Assembly: GCA_016716535.1 (NCBI GenBank)
Contig: JADJWD010000005.1
Location: 545,385-609,384 of the forward strand
DNA length: 64,000 nt
Direction: 5' to 3'
Origin: Betaproteobacteria bacterium
Lineage (GTDB): Bacteria; Pseudomonadota; Gammaproteobacteria; Burkholderiales; Burkholderiaceae_C
Shown here piece after piece: positions 17,607 to 27,155 of this stretch. A program made the position numbers and the translations under genes. Positions within the stretch are counted from its first letter, which is position 1, and each line of letters opens with the position of its first letter. Under the pieces are notes generated by a model that saw only the letters and a program-made list of their open reading frames with translations, made no database searches and had not been told where the DNA came from.

Positions 17607-18998
17607 TCACGGCTTGATGCCGAGCCGCTTCATCAGGTCGTAGATCGTCGGGCGGCTGATGCCCAGCAGTTCGGCGGCGCGGCCGATGTTGCCGTTGGTG
17701 CGCGCGAGCGCCGTGACGATCGCGCCGCGTTCGGCTTCGTCGCGGATGGCGCGCAGGTTGAGGTCGGAGCGGACTTCGCCTACGCCTTCGTCGCGCTCGC
17801 TCGCAGCGAGGCCCAGGTCTTCGGCCTTCAGCCGGTCGCCGTCGGCCATGATGGCGGCGCGCTTCACGCAATTGAGCAGCTCGCGCACGTTGCCCGGCCA
17901 CGCGTGGTTCTCGATGGCGAGGATCGCTTCTTCCGACAACGCCAGGCCGTTGCGCCGCTGCTCCTGCGCGAAGCGGCGCAGGAACGCGTGCGCGAGCAGC
18001 ACCGCGTCGCCGGTGCGCTCGCGCAGCGGCGGGATCTCGACGACGATCTCGGCCAGGCGGTAGTACAGATCCTCGCGGAAGCGCCCTTCGCGGATCTGGT
18101 TCTTCAGGTCCTGGTGCGTGGCGCAGACGACGCGCACGTCGACCGCGATCTCGCTGCGCCCGCCCAGCCGCTCGATCGTGCGCTGCTCGAGAAAGCGCAA
18201 GAGCTTGGCCTGCAGCGAAGCCGGCAGGTCGCCGATCTCGTCGAGCATCAGCGTGCCGTTGTGGGCGGTTTCGATCTTGCCCGGCGTCGTCTTGCTCGCG
18301 CCGGTGAAGGCGCCCTTCTCGTAGCCGAACAGTTCGCTTTCGAGCAGGTTCTCGGGGATCGCGGCGCAGTTGATGGCGACGAAGCGGCCGGCGCGCTTGC
18401 TGGCCGCGTGCAGGCCCTGCGCCAGCACCTCCTTGCCGGTGCCGGATTCGCCGAGCAGCATCACGGTGGCGTTGCTCGACGCGACGCGCTCGATCGTGCG
18501 CGCGATCTTCAGCATCTGCGCGTCGCGCGTGATCAGGCCGCCGAGCGCGTCGCTGCTCTGCGCGCTTTGCAGCCGGCGGTTCTCGGCCTGCAGCTCGGCC
18601 AGGCGCAGCGCGCGCTCGACGGTGAGCTTGAGCACATCGGGCTCGAACGGCTTGGCCAGGAAGTCGTAGGCGCCCTGCGCGACGGCGCGCAGCGCGTGCT
18701 CCTGCGCGTTCTGGCCGGTCAGCACGATGACCTTGACCTTGGGATCGATGTCGAGCAACTGGCCGAGCAGCTTGAAGCCCTCGGAGACCGCATCGGGGTC
18801 GGGCGGCAGGCCGAGGTCCATCGTCACCACCGGCGGCGTGTGGCGGCGGAACTGCAGCAGCGCCGACTCGCGGTCGGCCGCGGTGACGGCCTCGAAGCTG
18901 TCGAGCGACCAGCGGATCTGCCGCTGCAGCGCGAGGTCGTCCTCGACGATCAGGAGCGCGGGCGACGAGCCCGGGGCGGCGGCGGCGTTCGTCGTCAT
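17607..18998 (-). CDS. prsR: PEP-CTERM-box sigma-54-dependent response regulator PrsR
   Basis: Receiver domain (LLIVEDDLALQ), AAA+ domain (VMLLGESGTGKEVLA) with the sigma-54 contact motif GAFTGA, and a C-terminal Fis-type HTH (AAELLGISRPTIYDLMKRLGI). The ATG overlaps the prsK stop. Confidence 0.9.
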   Translation of the reverse strand: MTTNAAAAPGSSPALLIVEDDLALQRQIRWSLDSFEAVTAADRESALLQFRRHTPPVVTMDLGLPPDPDAVSEGFKLLGQLLDIDPKVKVIVLTGQNAQEHALRAVAQGAYDFLAKPFEPDVLKLTVERALRLAELQAENRRLQSAQSSDALGGLITRDAQMLKIARTIERVASSNATVMLLGESGTGKEVLAQGLHAASKRAGRFVAINCAAIPENLLESELFGYEKGAFTGASKTTPGKIETAHNGTLMLDEIGDLPASLQAKLLRFLEQRTIERLGGRSEIAVDVRVVCATHQDLKNQIREGRFREDLYYRLAEIVVEIPPLRERTGDAVLLAHAFLRRFAQEQRRNGLALSEEAILAIENHAWPGNVRELLNCVKRAAIMADGDRLKAEDLGLAASERDEGVGEVRSDLNLRAIRDEAERGAIVTALARTNGNIGRAAELLGISRPTIYDLMKRLGIKP

Positions 18999-21094
18999 CG
19001 TGGCACCGGCGGCATCAGGTCGGATTCGTGCTGCCGCTCGAACAGCGGCAGCCGCACGGTGATCGTCGTGCCGGCGCCCGGGCGGCTGGCCACGTCGATC
19101 CGGCCGCCCAGCTCGCGCACGTACTGCGCGCTCTCGTACGAGCCGACGCCCATGCCGCTGCCCTTGGTGCTGCTGAAAGGCTTGAACAGGCGCGTCTGCA
19201 CGAACTCTTCGGTCATTCCTTCTCCCGCATCTCCCACTTCGATGCGGACCTGGCCGCTTTCGCGTTCGACCGACATCCAGACCGCACCGCCGGCGGCCGT
19301 GGCGTCGAGCGCGTTTTGCACGAGATGCCCGAGCACACGCTCGAGCCGGTCTTCGTGGCCGCGCGTGGCCAGCCGTTCGATGCGGCGCACCTCGAGCGTG
19401 CGTCCGCGGCCTTTGGCCAGCGCCTGCAGCCGCTGCACGATCGGGCCCAGTTCGACGCCGGCGCTGACGCCGGCCGCTGGGGTGCCTTCGCGCAATTGAA
19501 GCATCAGGCGCCGCATTTTGGCCAGCGAGCTCTCCACGGTCAGCAGCATGTCCTGCTGGAATTCGCGGTTGTCGTGCAGGCGTTCCGCGTTCTTCAGCAT
19601 CAGCGACAACTGCGTGACGATGTTCTTCAAATCGTGCACGACGAACGCGGACATGCGGTTGAACGCGTCGAACTTGCGCGCTTCCAGCAGCGCCTCGGTG
19701 GCCTGCATCTGCGCCAGGTGGCTGGCGGCCTGGCGGCTGGCGGTCTTCAGCAGGTCGAGCACCTCCCAGTTCACGTCGACGCGCGTGCGAGGGTGCGTCA
19801 GCAGCACGAAGCCGAGCAACTCGTCGCCCGCCATCAGCGGCACCACCAGCCACGTCGCCTGCGCGCCGAGCAGCCAGGTCGGCACGACCAAGCCGTCGTA
19901 CAGGCGCGGCGAGGCGCGCAGCTGGTCGAGGTCGATGACCCAGCCGGTGCGGCGCAGGAAGTCGGCGAAGGCGCTGTCGGCCGCTTCCTCGCCGTCAATC
20001 TGCGGCGTGTTCCAGCGCGCGACCTGGCGAAACGGCCCCTCGGCGCTGGCGCGGGTCCACAGGCTCCCGCCCGGGCACTCGACGAGGTCGGCGAGCGCGC
20101 GCACGACGAGCCGGCCCACTTCGTCGGGCGCGCCGCGCGTGGCCAGCATCGCCGTGAAGCGCAGCCACTCCTCGCGGTAGTCGAAGCGATAACTGAAGAA
20201 GTGCTTGCCAACGAAGACGCGAAGCCACGAGCGCGCCGAACCCGAGAGCGCAAAGCCGACGAGCAACGCGATCGCCGCGAACAGCAGCGCGAGTTGCAGC
20301 GCGCGCCCGAACGTGCCGCCGAAGTAGCGCACGTAGTAGCCCAGGCCCGAGACGAAGAGCAGGTAGACGCCGGCAAGCAGCAGCGTGGCCGTGTGGAACA
20401 CCGCGGTGCGCGAGACCTGCAGCCGCGCGATCCAGTCAGCGCGCCGGCGCGCCGCTACGAGCAGGAACGGCACCGCGAGCGCATGCACCGGTCCGCGCGC
20501 GCCGAGCGTGTCGGGGTCGGCGCGGCCGAACAGCAGCGTCTGCGTGTGCATGTACAGGTCGAAGCCGAAGACGATCGCCAGCGCCAGGCACAGCGGCTTG
20601 CCGACCCAGCGCACGTGGTCGCCGAGGTTGCGGAAGAGCTGCTCGACCAGCAGCATGCCGAGCACCGGCAGCGCGAGCATCACGAACACGACGAGGCTCG
20701 AGGTCGGCCGGTCGGCGGCGCCGACGGCCACGCGCAGCCCTTGCAGCAGCGCCGCCAGCATGACCGCGGCGACGAGCGCGACGCGCAGCGCGCGCGGCGC
20801 CGGCTGCGCCTGCCCTTCGCGCACCGTGCCCACCAGCGTGTAGAGGAACGCGAGCCACAGCGCGTAGCGCATCACGTCGAGCAGCACGGCGGCCGATGCC
20901 CAGGCGAGGCTTGCGCTGCCCGCGGCCAGCGCCTGCGCGGTGGCCCACAGCGCACTGACGAGGAGTGCCGCCTTCAGCAGCCCGCCGCTGGCCGACGACT
21001 CGCGCTGGATGCGGCCGCTCCAGACCAGGAAGACCAGAAAGCCCAGGTGCACGACCGCGCTCAGCGCGTAGCCGGCCACCGCCATGTCGTCCAC
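18995..21094 (-). CDS. prsK: PEP-CTERM system sensor histidine kinase PrsK
   Basis: Multi-TM N-terminal half, H-box FVVHDLKN and an ATPase G-box GSGMGVG. ATGA overlap with prsR at 18995-18998. Confidence 0.85.
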   Translation of the reverse strand: MDDMAVAGYALSAVVHLGFLVFLVWSGRIQRESSASGGLLKAALLVSALWATAQALAAGSASLAWASAAVLLDVMRYALWLAFLYTLVGTVREGQAQPAPRALRVALVAAVMLAALLQGLRVAVGAADRPTSSLVVFVMLALPVLGMLLVEQLFRNLGDHVRWVGKPLCLALAIVFGFDLYMHTQTLLFGRADPDTLGARGPVHALAVPFLLVAARRRADWIARLQVSRTAVFHTATLLLAGVYLLFVSGLGYYVRYFGGTFGRALQLALLFAAIALLVGFALSGSARSWLRVFVGKHFFSYRFDYREEWLRFTAMLATRGAPDEVGRLVVRALADLVECPGGSLWTRASAEGPFRQVARWNTPQIDGEEAADSAFADFLRRTGWVIDLDQLRASPRLYDGLVVPTWLLGAQATWLVVPLMAGDELLGFVLLTHPRTRVDVNWEVLDLLKTASRQAASHLAQMQATEALLEARKFDAFNRMSAFVVHDLKNIVTQLSLMLKNAERLHDNREFQQDMLLTVESSLAKMRRLMLQLREGTPAAGVSAGVELGPIVQRLQALAKGRGRTLEVRRIERLATRGHEDRLERVLGHLVQNALDATAAGGAVWMSVERESGQVRIEVGDAGEGMTEEFVQTRLFKPFSSTKGSGMGVGSYESAQYVRELGGRIDVASRPGAGTTITVRLPLFERQHESDLMPPVPR

Positions 21095-21261
21095 CAGTCG
21101 ACCGCCCCCTGTTGTGATCTCGTGATGCCGCGTCTTCAGCGGCTGATCAGGCGGCCGATTGTGCGTGTGGGCCGCCAGCGCGTAGAGCGCCGGCGCGGCC
21201 TTTGTTCACGCCGGAAGCGGCGGGGATACGGGGGCAGGAGGGCAGGTTTGCGGCGCTGGGT

Positions 21262-22644
21262 TCAGCGCGCGCCCTTGCCCGTCAGCACGACGCCGATGGT
21301 CTCGAGCAGGACCACGAGGTCGAGGAAGAGGGTGTGGTTCTTCACGTAGTACAGGTCGAACTGCAGCTTCTCCTGCGAGTCCTCGACCGTCGCGCCGTAG
21401 GCGTAGCGCACCTGCGCCCAGCCGGTGACGCCGGGCTTGACGCTGTGGCGCACGGCGTAGAAGGGGATCTTCTGCGTCAGCTGCTCGACGAAGTACGGCC
21501 GCTCGGGGCGCGGGCCGACGAGGCTCATGTCGCCCTTGAGCACATTGAAGATCTGCGGCAGCTCGTCGATGCGCAGGCGCCGGATGACACGGCCGACGCG
21601 CGTGATGCGGTCGTCGTTGGCGGCGGCCCAGCGCGGCTTGCCGTCCTTCTCGGCGTCGGTGCGCATGCTGCGGAACTTGGTCACCAGGAACGGGCGGCCG
21701 TTCAGGCCCACGCGTTCCTGGCGGTAGAACACCGGACCGCGGCTTTCCAGGCGGATCAGGAGCGCCGTCACGGCCATGATCGGCGCCGCGACGAGGAACA
21801 GCAGCGTTGCGCAGACGATGTCGAACACGCGCTTGACGAACGTGCGCAGCGCGCCCTGGTTGAAGCCGTCGCCGAAGATCAGCCAGCTCGCGCTGAGGTA
21901 GTCGATGCGGATCTGGCCGAGCGTCTTCTCGAAGTGCGTGTTGAGGTCGCAGACCTTGATGCCGCTGAGTTTGCAGTCGAGCAGCTGGCGCAGCGGCATG
22001 CCGCCGGCGCGGCGCTCGGTCAGCGCGACGACGATCTCGTCGACGCCCAGGCAGATGGCCGTCTCGGTCAGCGAGCCGCGGCTCGTCAGCAGGTCGGCCG
22101 CGGGCACGGCGACTTCACTCTCGTTCGGGCCCGGCATGTAGCCGACGATGCGGGCATTGGGGTCCGCGGCGCGCAGCGTGGCGCCGACGACCTGCGCAGC
22201 CTGGCCGGCGCCGAAGATCAGGATGCGCGTGCTGCCGCGCGGCACGGCGACGCGCTGCGACACGAAGATGCGGCGAAGCACGAGCGCCGAGACGCCGGCC
22301 ATCACCGAGAACTGCACCGCCTCGGGGCTGCTGAGCTGCTCGGGCAGCAGGCCGAAGATCGCATAGGCCAGCGGCAGCACCGTGATGAGCACGAAGATGC
22401 CGCGCGCCATCGAGCGCGAAAGCGACAGCGAGTTCTGCGGCTCGTACAGGCCCGAGGCGCTCGTCACGATGAACAGCGCCGCGGCAAACGACATCAACTG
22501 GCCGCCGGCCAGCGGCACGGCCATGTGCAGGCCACCGACCTGGTAGGTGACCACGCCCAGCGCCAGCAGCAGCGCTGCCAACATGTCGAAACACATGCTT
22601 CGAAGCGAAGCACGGTGCACGTAATGTTGAAAGATTCTGATCAT
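21262..22644 (-). CDS. Undecaprenyl-phosphate sugar phosphotransferase (EpsB/WbaP-like, PEP-CTERM-locus type)
   Basis: Starts MIRIFQHYV. Bacterial sugar transferase domain with KFRSMRTDAEKDG and SLVGPRPERP. The upstream part of ORF 21262..22926 was discarded. Confidence 0.85.
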   Translation of the reverse strand: MIRIFQHYVHRASLRSMCFDMLAALLLALGVVTYQVGGLHMAVPLAGGQLMSFAAALFIVTSASGLYEPQNSLSLSRSMARGIFVLITVLPLAYAIFGLLPEQLSSPEAVQFSVMAGVSALVLRRIFVSQRVAVPRGSTRILIFGAGQAAQVVGATLRAADPNARIVGYMPGPNESEVAVPAADLLTSRGSLTETAICLGVDEIVVALTERRAGGMPLRQLLDCKLSGIKVCDLNTHFEKTLGQIRIDYLSASWLIFGDGFNQGALRTFVKRVFDIVCATLLFLVAAPIMAVTALLIRLESRGPVFYRQERVGLNGRPFLVTKFRSMRTDAEKDGKPRWAAANDDRITRVGRVIRRLRIDELPQIFNVLKGDMSLVGPRPERPYFVEQLTQKIPFYAVRHSVKPGVTGWAQVRYAYGATVEDSQEKLQFDLYYVKNHTLFLDLVVLLETIGVVLTGKGAR

Positions 22645-22885
22645 GGATCTTGATCTTCTTGCCGTGCCTTGCCGGCTGTGCTCTGGGCCGATCGTTCTCG
22701 GCGGGCACCCGGGGCGGGGGGGGTGAAGGGCACTGTAAGAACCGCCTTGCGTGCGAGGCAACCCCCGCGGCGCGGGGTCGGGCGACTCGCCAACAGGATC
22801 AGTGAACTGCTGCACGACGGTGCCGACTGCGAATGGGGCCTGGCGGAACGGTGGGGTGATGCCCGGCCGTAAGGCTCGGGCGCAA

Positions 22886-24022
22886 TCAAGGGGGTATTTG
22901 GGTCTTGGCCGCCCCGTTCGCCCCATCCACCCCCGGCTCCACCGACGCCGTCGGCTTCTCGAACCAGCGCCGCCAGAGCTTGCGGGCCAGGTGCGGGATC
23001 AACAGGTGCATCGGCATGCGCAGCCAGTGCGAGCGCACGTACAGCAGCAGCAGCGCCGCTGCGGTGCCCGCCGTGCTGCAGGTGGCGTGCGGCGGGCGCA
23101 ACGCGCGCCGGTAGCACGCGTCCATCAGCCGCAGCACGGCGGCCGAGGGTTGCCCGGGCCGCGCGTTCGCGTGCACGTGCGCCGGCAGCGGCGTGCCGAG
23201 CAGCATCGTCATGTAACGCACGGCGTAGAACCAGGGCCGCGCCAGGCCCAGGCTCGCGGCGCGCCGGCCCGCTTCGGCCAGCCCCGCGGGCGTGGCCAGC
23301 GCCTGCCGCGCCAGTGCGTCCAGGTCGAACAGGTCGCGCAGGCCGTTGTCGAGTTCGCCTTCGTGGAAGAGGTGGCTGGCGCTGTGCAGCAGCAGGCCGA
23401 GCGCATCGAGCGCCAGCACGCCGTCGTGCCCGGGCACCGGCACCGTGCGCTGCATCAGCGCCGCGTTGTCGACGCGCACGCGCGCGGTGTCGGGCAGGAT
23501 CGCGTGGTGCACGTCGATGTGCGTGCCGCGCCGCTCGTGCCGCATCGGCGGCAGCTCGTGCATCCAGCGGCGGTAGTACTCGTCGTCGTAGGCGTCCATC
23601 TCGGCCACGGTCCAGCCGTGCTCGACGAGCGCGCGCTCGACCTCGGCGAGCCGCTCGCGCGGCACGAGGATGTCGACATCGGAAAAGAGCCGCCCGCGGC
23701 CGGCCTCGAGCCCGAGCAGCGTGTACGCGGCGCCTTTCAGCAGCACCACCGGCACCGCGGGCGGAACGGCCTCGCGGATGCAGCGCACCTCCCAGTCGAC
23801 CATCGCCCGCTGCCGCTCGGCGACGAGGTCGGCCGCCAGCAGGTGCATCGCGGCGTCGGCCGGTACGTGGTCGCGCTGCCTGCTGCCTTCCAGCACGTGC
23901 GCCAGCCGCGCGATGAGGTTCGCAGCGCGCGCCTGGCGGATCGCCAGCTCCCAGTCGAGCGGGCTCAGCGACGCGGCCGTGGCCGGGCGCAGCAGCAGCG
24001 AGACGATGAGGGGCGTGTTCAT
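22886..24022 (-). CDS. Uncharacterised nucleotidyltransferase-family protein (PF14907-like)
   Basis: LFSDVDILVPRE and HIDVHHAILPD motifs typical of minimal nucleotidyltransferase folds. The ATG overlaps the stop of the kinase-like gene (ATGA at 24019-24022). Confidence 0.6.
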   Translation of the reverse strand: MNTPLIVSLLLRPATAASLSPLDWELAIRQARAANLIARLAHVLEGSRQRDHVPADAAMHLLAADLVAERQRAMVDWEVRCIREAVPPAVPVVLLKGAAYTLLGLEAGRGRLFSDVDILVPRERLAEVERALVEHGWTVAEMDAYDDEYYRRWMHELPPMRHERRGTHIDVHHAILPDTARVRVDNAALMQRTVPVPGHDGVLALDALGLLLHSASHLFHEGELDNGLRDLFDLDALARQALATPAGLAEAGRRAASLGLARPWFYAVRYMTMLLGTPLPAHVHANARPGQPSAAVLRLMDACYRRALRPPHATCSTAGTAAALLLLYVRSHWLRMPMHLLIPHLARKLWRRWFEKPTASVEPGVDGANGAAKTQIPP

Positions 24023-24945
24023 CGTTCGGTTTTCACCGTTTGCGGCGCCAGCGCGTCGAGCAACGCGACCGCCGCATCCAGGTCGCCATGCACGAGGCGA
24101 AAACACTCGGCCTCTCCGACCAGCCGCGCGAGGCCGCTGAAACCGGCCGCGCCGTGCACGTTGTAGTTGTACGCCTGTTCGGTGACCTCCATGAAGCACT
24201 CGGTGCGGGCGATGGGGGAGAGCGTCGTCGCCTCGCCGGCGCCGTAGCGCGGCAGCACGATCCAGCCGGGCCGCGCGGCCTCGCACACGCGGCTCACCGC
24301 CTCGGCGGGCGGACACATCAACGACAGCGTCCCCTTCGCCGTGCCGGCGATCGAGCGGCTGAACCGCGCCTCGGGCGCGAAGCGGCTGATCAGTTCGACC
24401 GACTGGTTCTTCAGGTTCACCGGCCGCGCCATGCCGGACACGGTGCCGGTGCGCAGATCGCACAACGCCAGTTCGTCCGACAAGAGCCGCCAGCCGCGGT
24501 GCGCCAGCGCAGCGCACAGCGTGCTCTTGCCCGAGCCGGGCGGGGCGGGCAGGATCAGCGCGCGGCCGTCTCGCTCGACGACCGCGGCGTGCAGGATCAG
24601 GTACTGGTGCGCGTGCGCGACGACGCACCAGTTCAGGCCCCACTCGAGCATTACCGGCGCATGGTCCTGCGGCAGCGGCAGGAAGGCCTCGCGGCCGTCG
24701 ACCGAGAAACGCGCCTGCGGCTTCAGCCAGCCGCGCACGCCGCTCACGCGGCGCACCTCGACCCGGAAATCCGAGAACCGGTCGGGCGGCAGCACGCCGA
24801 AGTCGCGGTAGAGGAAGTGCAGCGCCTCGGCCACCTGCGGCAGGTCGGACGTGACGCGCACGACAAAAGGCGGCGTGGCCAGCAGCAACTCGCCACGCGC
24901 GAGCAGCCGGCGCAGCGCCGGCGCCTCGAGGTCCGCCAGCCTCAC
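24019..24945 (-). CDS. HPr kinase-related protein (HprK-related kinase A type)
   Basis: P-loop ILPAPPGSGKSTLCAALA in an HprK C-terminal-domain-like context. The GTG start overlaps the stop of the PqqD-like gene (GTGA at 24942-24945). Confidence 0.7.
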   Translation of the reverse strand: MRLADLEAPALRRLLARGELLLATPPFVVRVTSDLPQVAEALHFLYRDFGVLPPDRFSDFRVEVRRVSGVRGWLKPQARFSVDGREAFLPLPQDHAPVMLEWGLNWCVVAHAHQYLILHAAVVERDGRALILPAPPGSGKSTLCAALAHRGWRLLSDELALCDLRTGTVSGMARPVNLKNQSVELISRFAPEARFSRSIAGTAKGTLSLMCPPAEAVSRVCEAARPGWIVLPRYGAGEATTLSPIARTECFMEVTEQAYNYNVHGAAGFSGLARLVGEAECFRLVHGDLDAAVALLDALAPQTVKTER

Positions 24946-25244
24946 TGCTGCGGCCCTTGGACGAGGTGCAGCGACTGGAGCACGCGCAGCGCGTGCGCCA
25001 CCCGGTGGCGGCCGTCGTGGGCGTGCCAGGCTTCGTCGAGGTCGAACAGGCCCGCCACCAGCTCGTCGAAGGTGCATGGCCGCTCGGCGACCATCAGGTA
25101 GAGCTCGAAGCTCAGCGGGTCGAGCCGATGTGTGTCGCCCGAGGCACTGTCGAAGACGATGCCATCGTCGGCGCACGGCCAGCTGGCCGACAAAGTGCCC
25201 GGCCGCGCGCGCCAGAGCGCCGTTTCAGCCCCGAGGTGCGTCAA
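24942..25244 (-). CDS. PqqD-family (RRE-like) small protein
   Basis: About 100 aa with a PqqD-like core DDGIVFDSASGDTHRLDPLSFELYLMVAERPCTFDELVAGL. The TTG start at 25244 is inferred and is the first start after the upstream stop at 25268. Confidence 0.55.
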   Translation of the reverse strand: MTHLGAETALWRARPGTLSASWPCADDGIVFDSASGDTHRLDPLSFELYLMVAERPCTFDELVAGLFDLDEAWHAHDGRHRVAHALRVLQSLHLVQGPQQ

Positions 25245-25267
25245 GGCGCGGCATCGAACCCGCTGGG

Positions 25268-26017
25268 TCAGACCGCCAGGTAGCTGGCGCTCAGGTACGT
25301 CTTGATGTCGGCAGCATCCCAGGCGACCGACCGGCCGGGCGGCTTGTACGCGGTGCCGAGCTTGGCCATCTGGTCGAGTTGATCCGGCCCGGTGTAGGAG
25401 GTCGGATTGAGGCACTGGTTCATGACCTGCTGGTGGAACGTCTCGGCGTACTTGCGATTGAGTCCCGCGATCAGGAGGTAGTCGGCGAGGGAAGAGACGC
25501 CGTTGGAAATGAGGCTCCAGCACTTCGTACTGCCAGCGCAGCCGACCAGGCCGTTCGGGAACACCGCCGCGACGGTCAGCGTGTTCTTCGCGTACTCCGA
25601 TTGCTCATAGTTCGAGTAGCTGCCGCCACCCGGCTTGGAGCGACTCCGAAGCTGGTCGCCGACGAACATCCAAGGCTGCTTCTGGTACCGCGCCGGGCCG
25701 CCCGTCCGGCCGGAGTTGTTCTGCCAGTTCGTGATGTACCAGCACTCGTCGCCGTTGATGCGCGTCGTGCCGACGTTGCGCTCGAGCCGGTTGTAGACGC
25801 TCGTGCCGGCGGCGACGCCGTCGGCGCGCTGCGAACCCCAGGCCGAGGTGGTGTAGCAATGCCAGGCCATCACCGGGCGGCTGGTCAGCGTCAGGCCGAC
25901 CGGCACCGAGCCCGCGCCCAGGCGGATGAAGCGCCGGCGGCGCTCGCGCTGCAAACGTGCCTGCTCGGCGAGATCCGGGGTGGGCGTCGCGTTGTTCTGG
26001 TTGAGCTTGTCGTCCAT
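25268..26017 (-). CDS. Hypothetical exported protein with a Tat-like signal; no family recognised
   Basis: 249 aa. The twin-arginine stretch RERRRRFIRLGAGSVPVGLTLTSRPVMA is followed by a Cys-, Asn-, Gly- and Tyr-containing mature region. Codon usage is visibly less GC-biased than in neighbours. Confidence 0.5.
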   Translation of the reverse strand: MDDKLNQNNATPTPDLAEQARLQRERRRRFIRLGAGSVPVGLTLTSRPVMAWHCYTTSAWGSQRADGVAAGTSVYNRLERNVGTTRINGDECWYITNWQNNSGRTGGPARYQKQPWMFVGDQLRSRSKPGGGSYSNYEQSEYAKNTLTVAAVFPNGLVGCAGSTKCWSLISNGVSSLADYLLIAGLNRKYAETFHQQVMNQCLNPTSYTGPDQLDQMAKLGTAYKPPGRSVAWDAADIKTYLSASYLAV

Positions 26018-26444
26018 CTCGAGCCCCTGAGGCGCCGGCTTCGGACCGGCTGAGATCCGTGGTGTCGTCGGTTTCTTGTGTGAATCTAGCAAGGCGTGCG
26101 GCGGATGCACAGGCAGCTTCGCACGCTCGGCCCGGGCCGGGCGGCAGCATCGCCACCGCCCCAGGCACACTCGGCGGCATTCTCGCCGAAGGCGGCTTCG
26201 CACACCGGATCGCCGCATCCCCGGATCGGGGGTCGCGGCGCGCCTGCCGGCGCCCGATCTGGTACGAACGTTTGCATCCATCGGCAACATCGCACACTGC
26301 TTCGGGCGCCGCGCAATGGCGCCGTGAAATCTCCGCGCTCGGGCGCCGGGCCGGTTGGATGGCCCGACCGGCGCGCCTTGCCCGCATGAGAACATCACTG
26401 TAAGGTCGCGTCCCGCCACGCATTTCCCCCTGTAGGAGAACAAG

Positions 26445-27107
26445 TTGTCGAAGCCAATCACACCGGCGCGGGCCACGAGCGTCGGGTCGGGCCCGGCCCT
26501 GCGGCGCGCGGGCTTGGCGCTGCTCGCTTTGGGTTTCTCGATCCTCACCGGCTGCGGCAGCCTGAGCAACCTGCCGCCGGCCCCGGCGGCGGCCACGGCG
26601 GCCGACTACAGCTACGTCATCGGCGCCGGCGACTCGCTGTCGATCATCGTCTGGCGCAACCCGGAGATTTCGCTGTCGGTGCCGGTGCGGCCCGACGGCA
26701 AGATCTCGGCGCCGCTGGTCGACGAACTCGTCGTCCAGGGCAAGACCTCCACCGCGGTGGCGCGCGATATCGAAAAGCAGCTCGCGCGCTTCGTGCGCGA
26801 CCCGGTCGTCACGGTCATCGTCACCAGCTTCGTCGGCCCGTTCAGCGAGCAGATCCGCGTGGTCGGCGAGGCGGCCAAGCCGCAGTTCCTGCCCTTCCGC
26901 CAGAAGATGACGATGCTGGACGTGATGATCGCCGTCGGCGGCCTCACCGACTTCGCCGACGGCAACGGCGCCACCATCGTGCGCACCTCCGAGGGCAACA
27001 AGCAGTACTCGGTGCGGCTGAAGGACCTCGTGCGCCGCGGCGACGTCTCGGCCAACGTCGAGATGCGCCCGGGCGACATCCTCATCATCCCGCAGAGCTT
27101 CTTCTGA
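26445..27107 (+). CDS. Polysaccharide export protein (Wza-like, PEP-CTERM-locus EpsE type)
   Basis: Lipoprotein-like signal (ILTGCGS) and Poly_export/SLBB-type sequence YVIGAGDSLSIIVWRNPE...VRPDGKIS. TTG start preceded by AGGAG at 26434-26438. Confidence 0.85.
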   Translation: MSKPITPARATSVGSGPALRRAGLALLALGFSILTGCGSLSNLPPAPAAATAADYSYVIGAGDSLSIIVWRNPEISLSVPVRPDGKISAPLVDELVVQGKTSTAVARDIEKQLARFVRDPVVTVIVTSFVGPFSEQIRVVGEAAKPQFLPFRQKMTMLDVMIAVGGLTDFADGNGATIVRTSEGNKQYSVRLKDLVRRGDVSANVEMRPGDILIIPQSFF

Positions 27108-27155
27108 GCCTGGCGCCCGTGCCGCTCTCCTCGTCTTCCTGACGGCCGCGTTTCG

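Noticed and set aside
26260-26276. Sigma-54-like TGGTACGAACGTTTGCA upstream of the export operon.
   Set aside because: The GG-to-GC spacing is one nucleotide longer than the invariant -24/-12 spacing. It is kept only as a note, not as a feature.
26086-26316. A Cys-rich 76-aa ORF (9 Cys) in the intergenic region upstream of the orphan/PqqD operon, considered as a possible RiPP-type precursor.
   Set aside because: It has a TTG start with no Shine-Dalgarno-like sequence, its composition (R/A/P/G/C) is typical of off-frame GC-rich DNA, and it is long for a precursor. Proteomics or conservation analysis would be needed to revive it.
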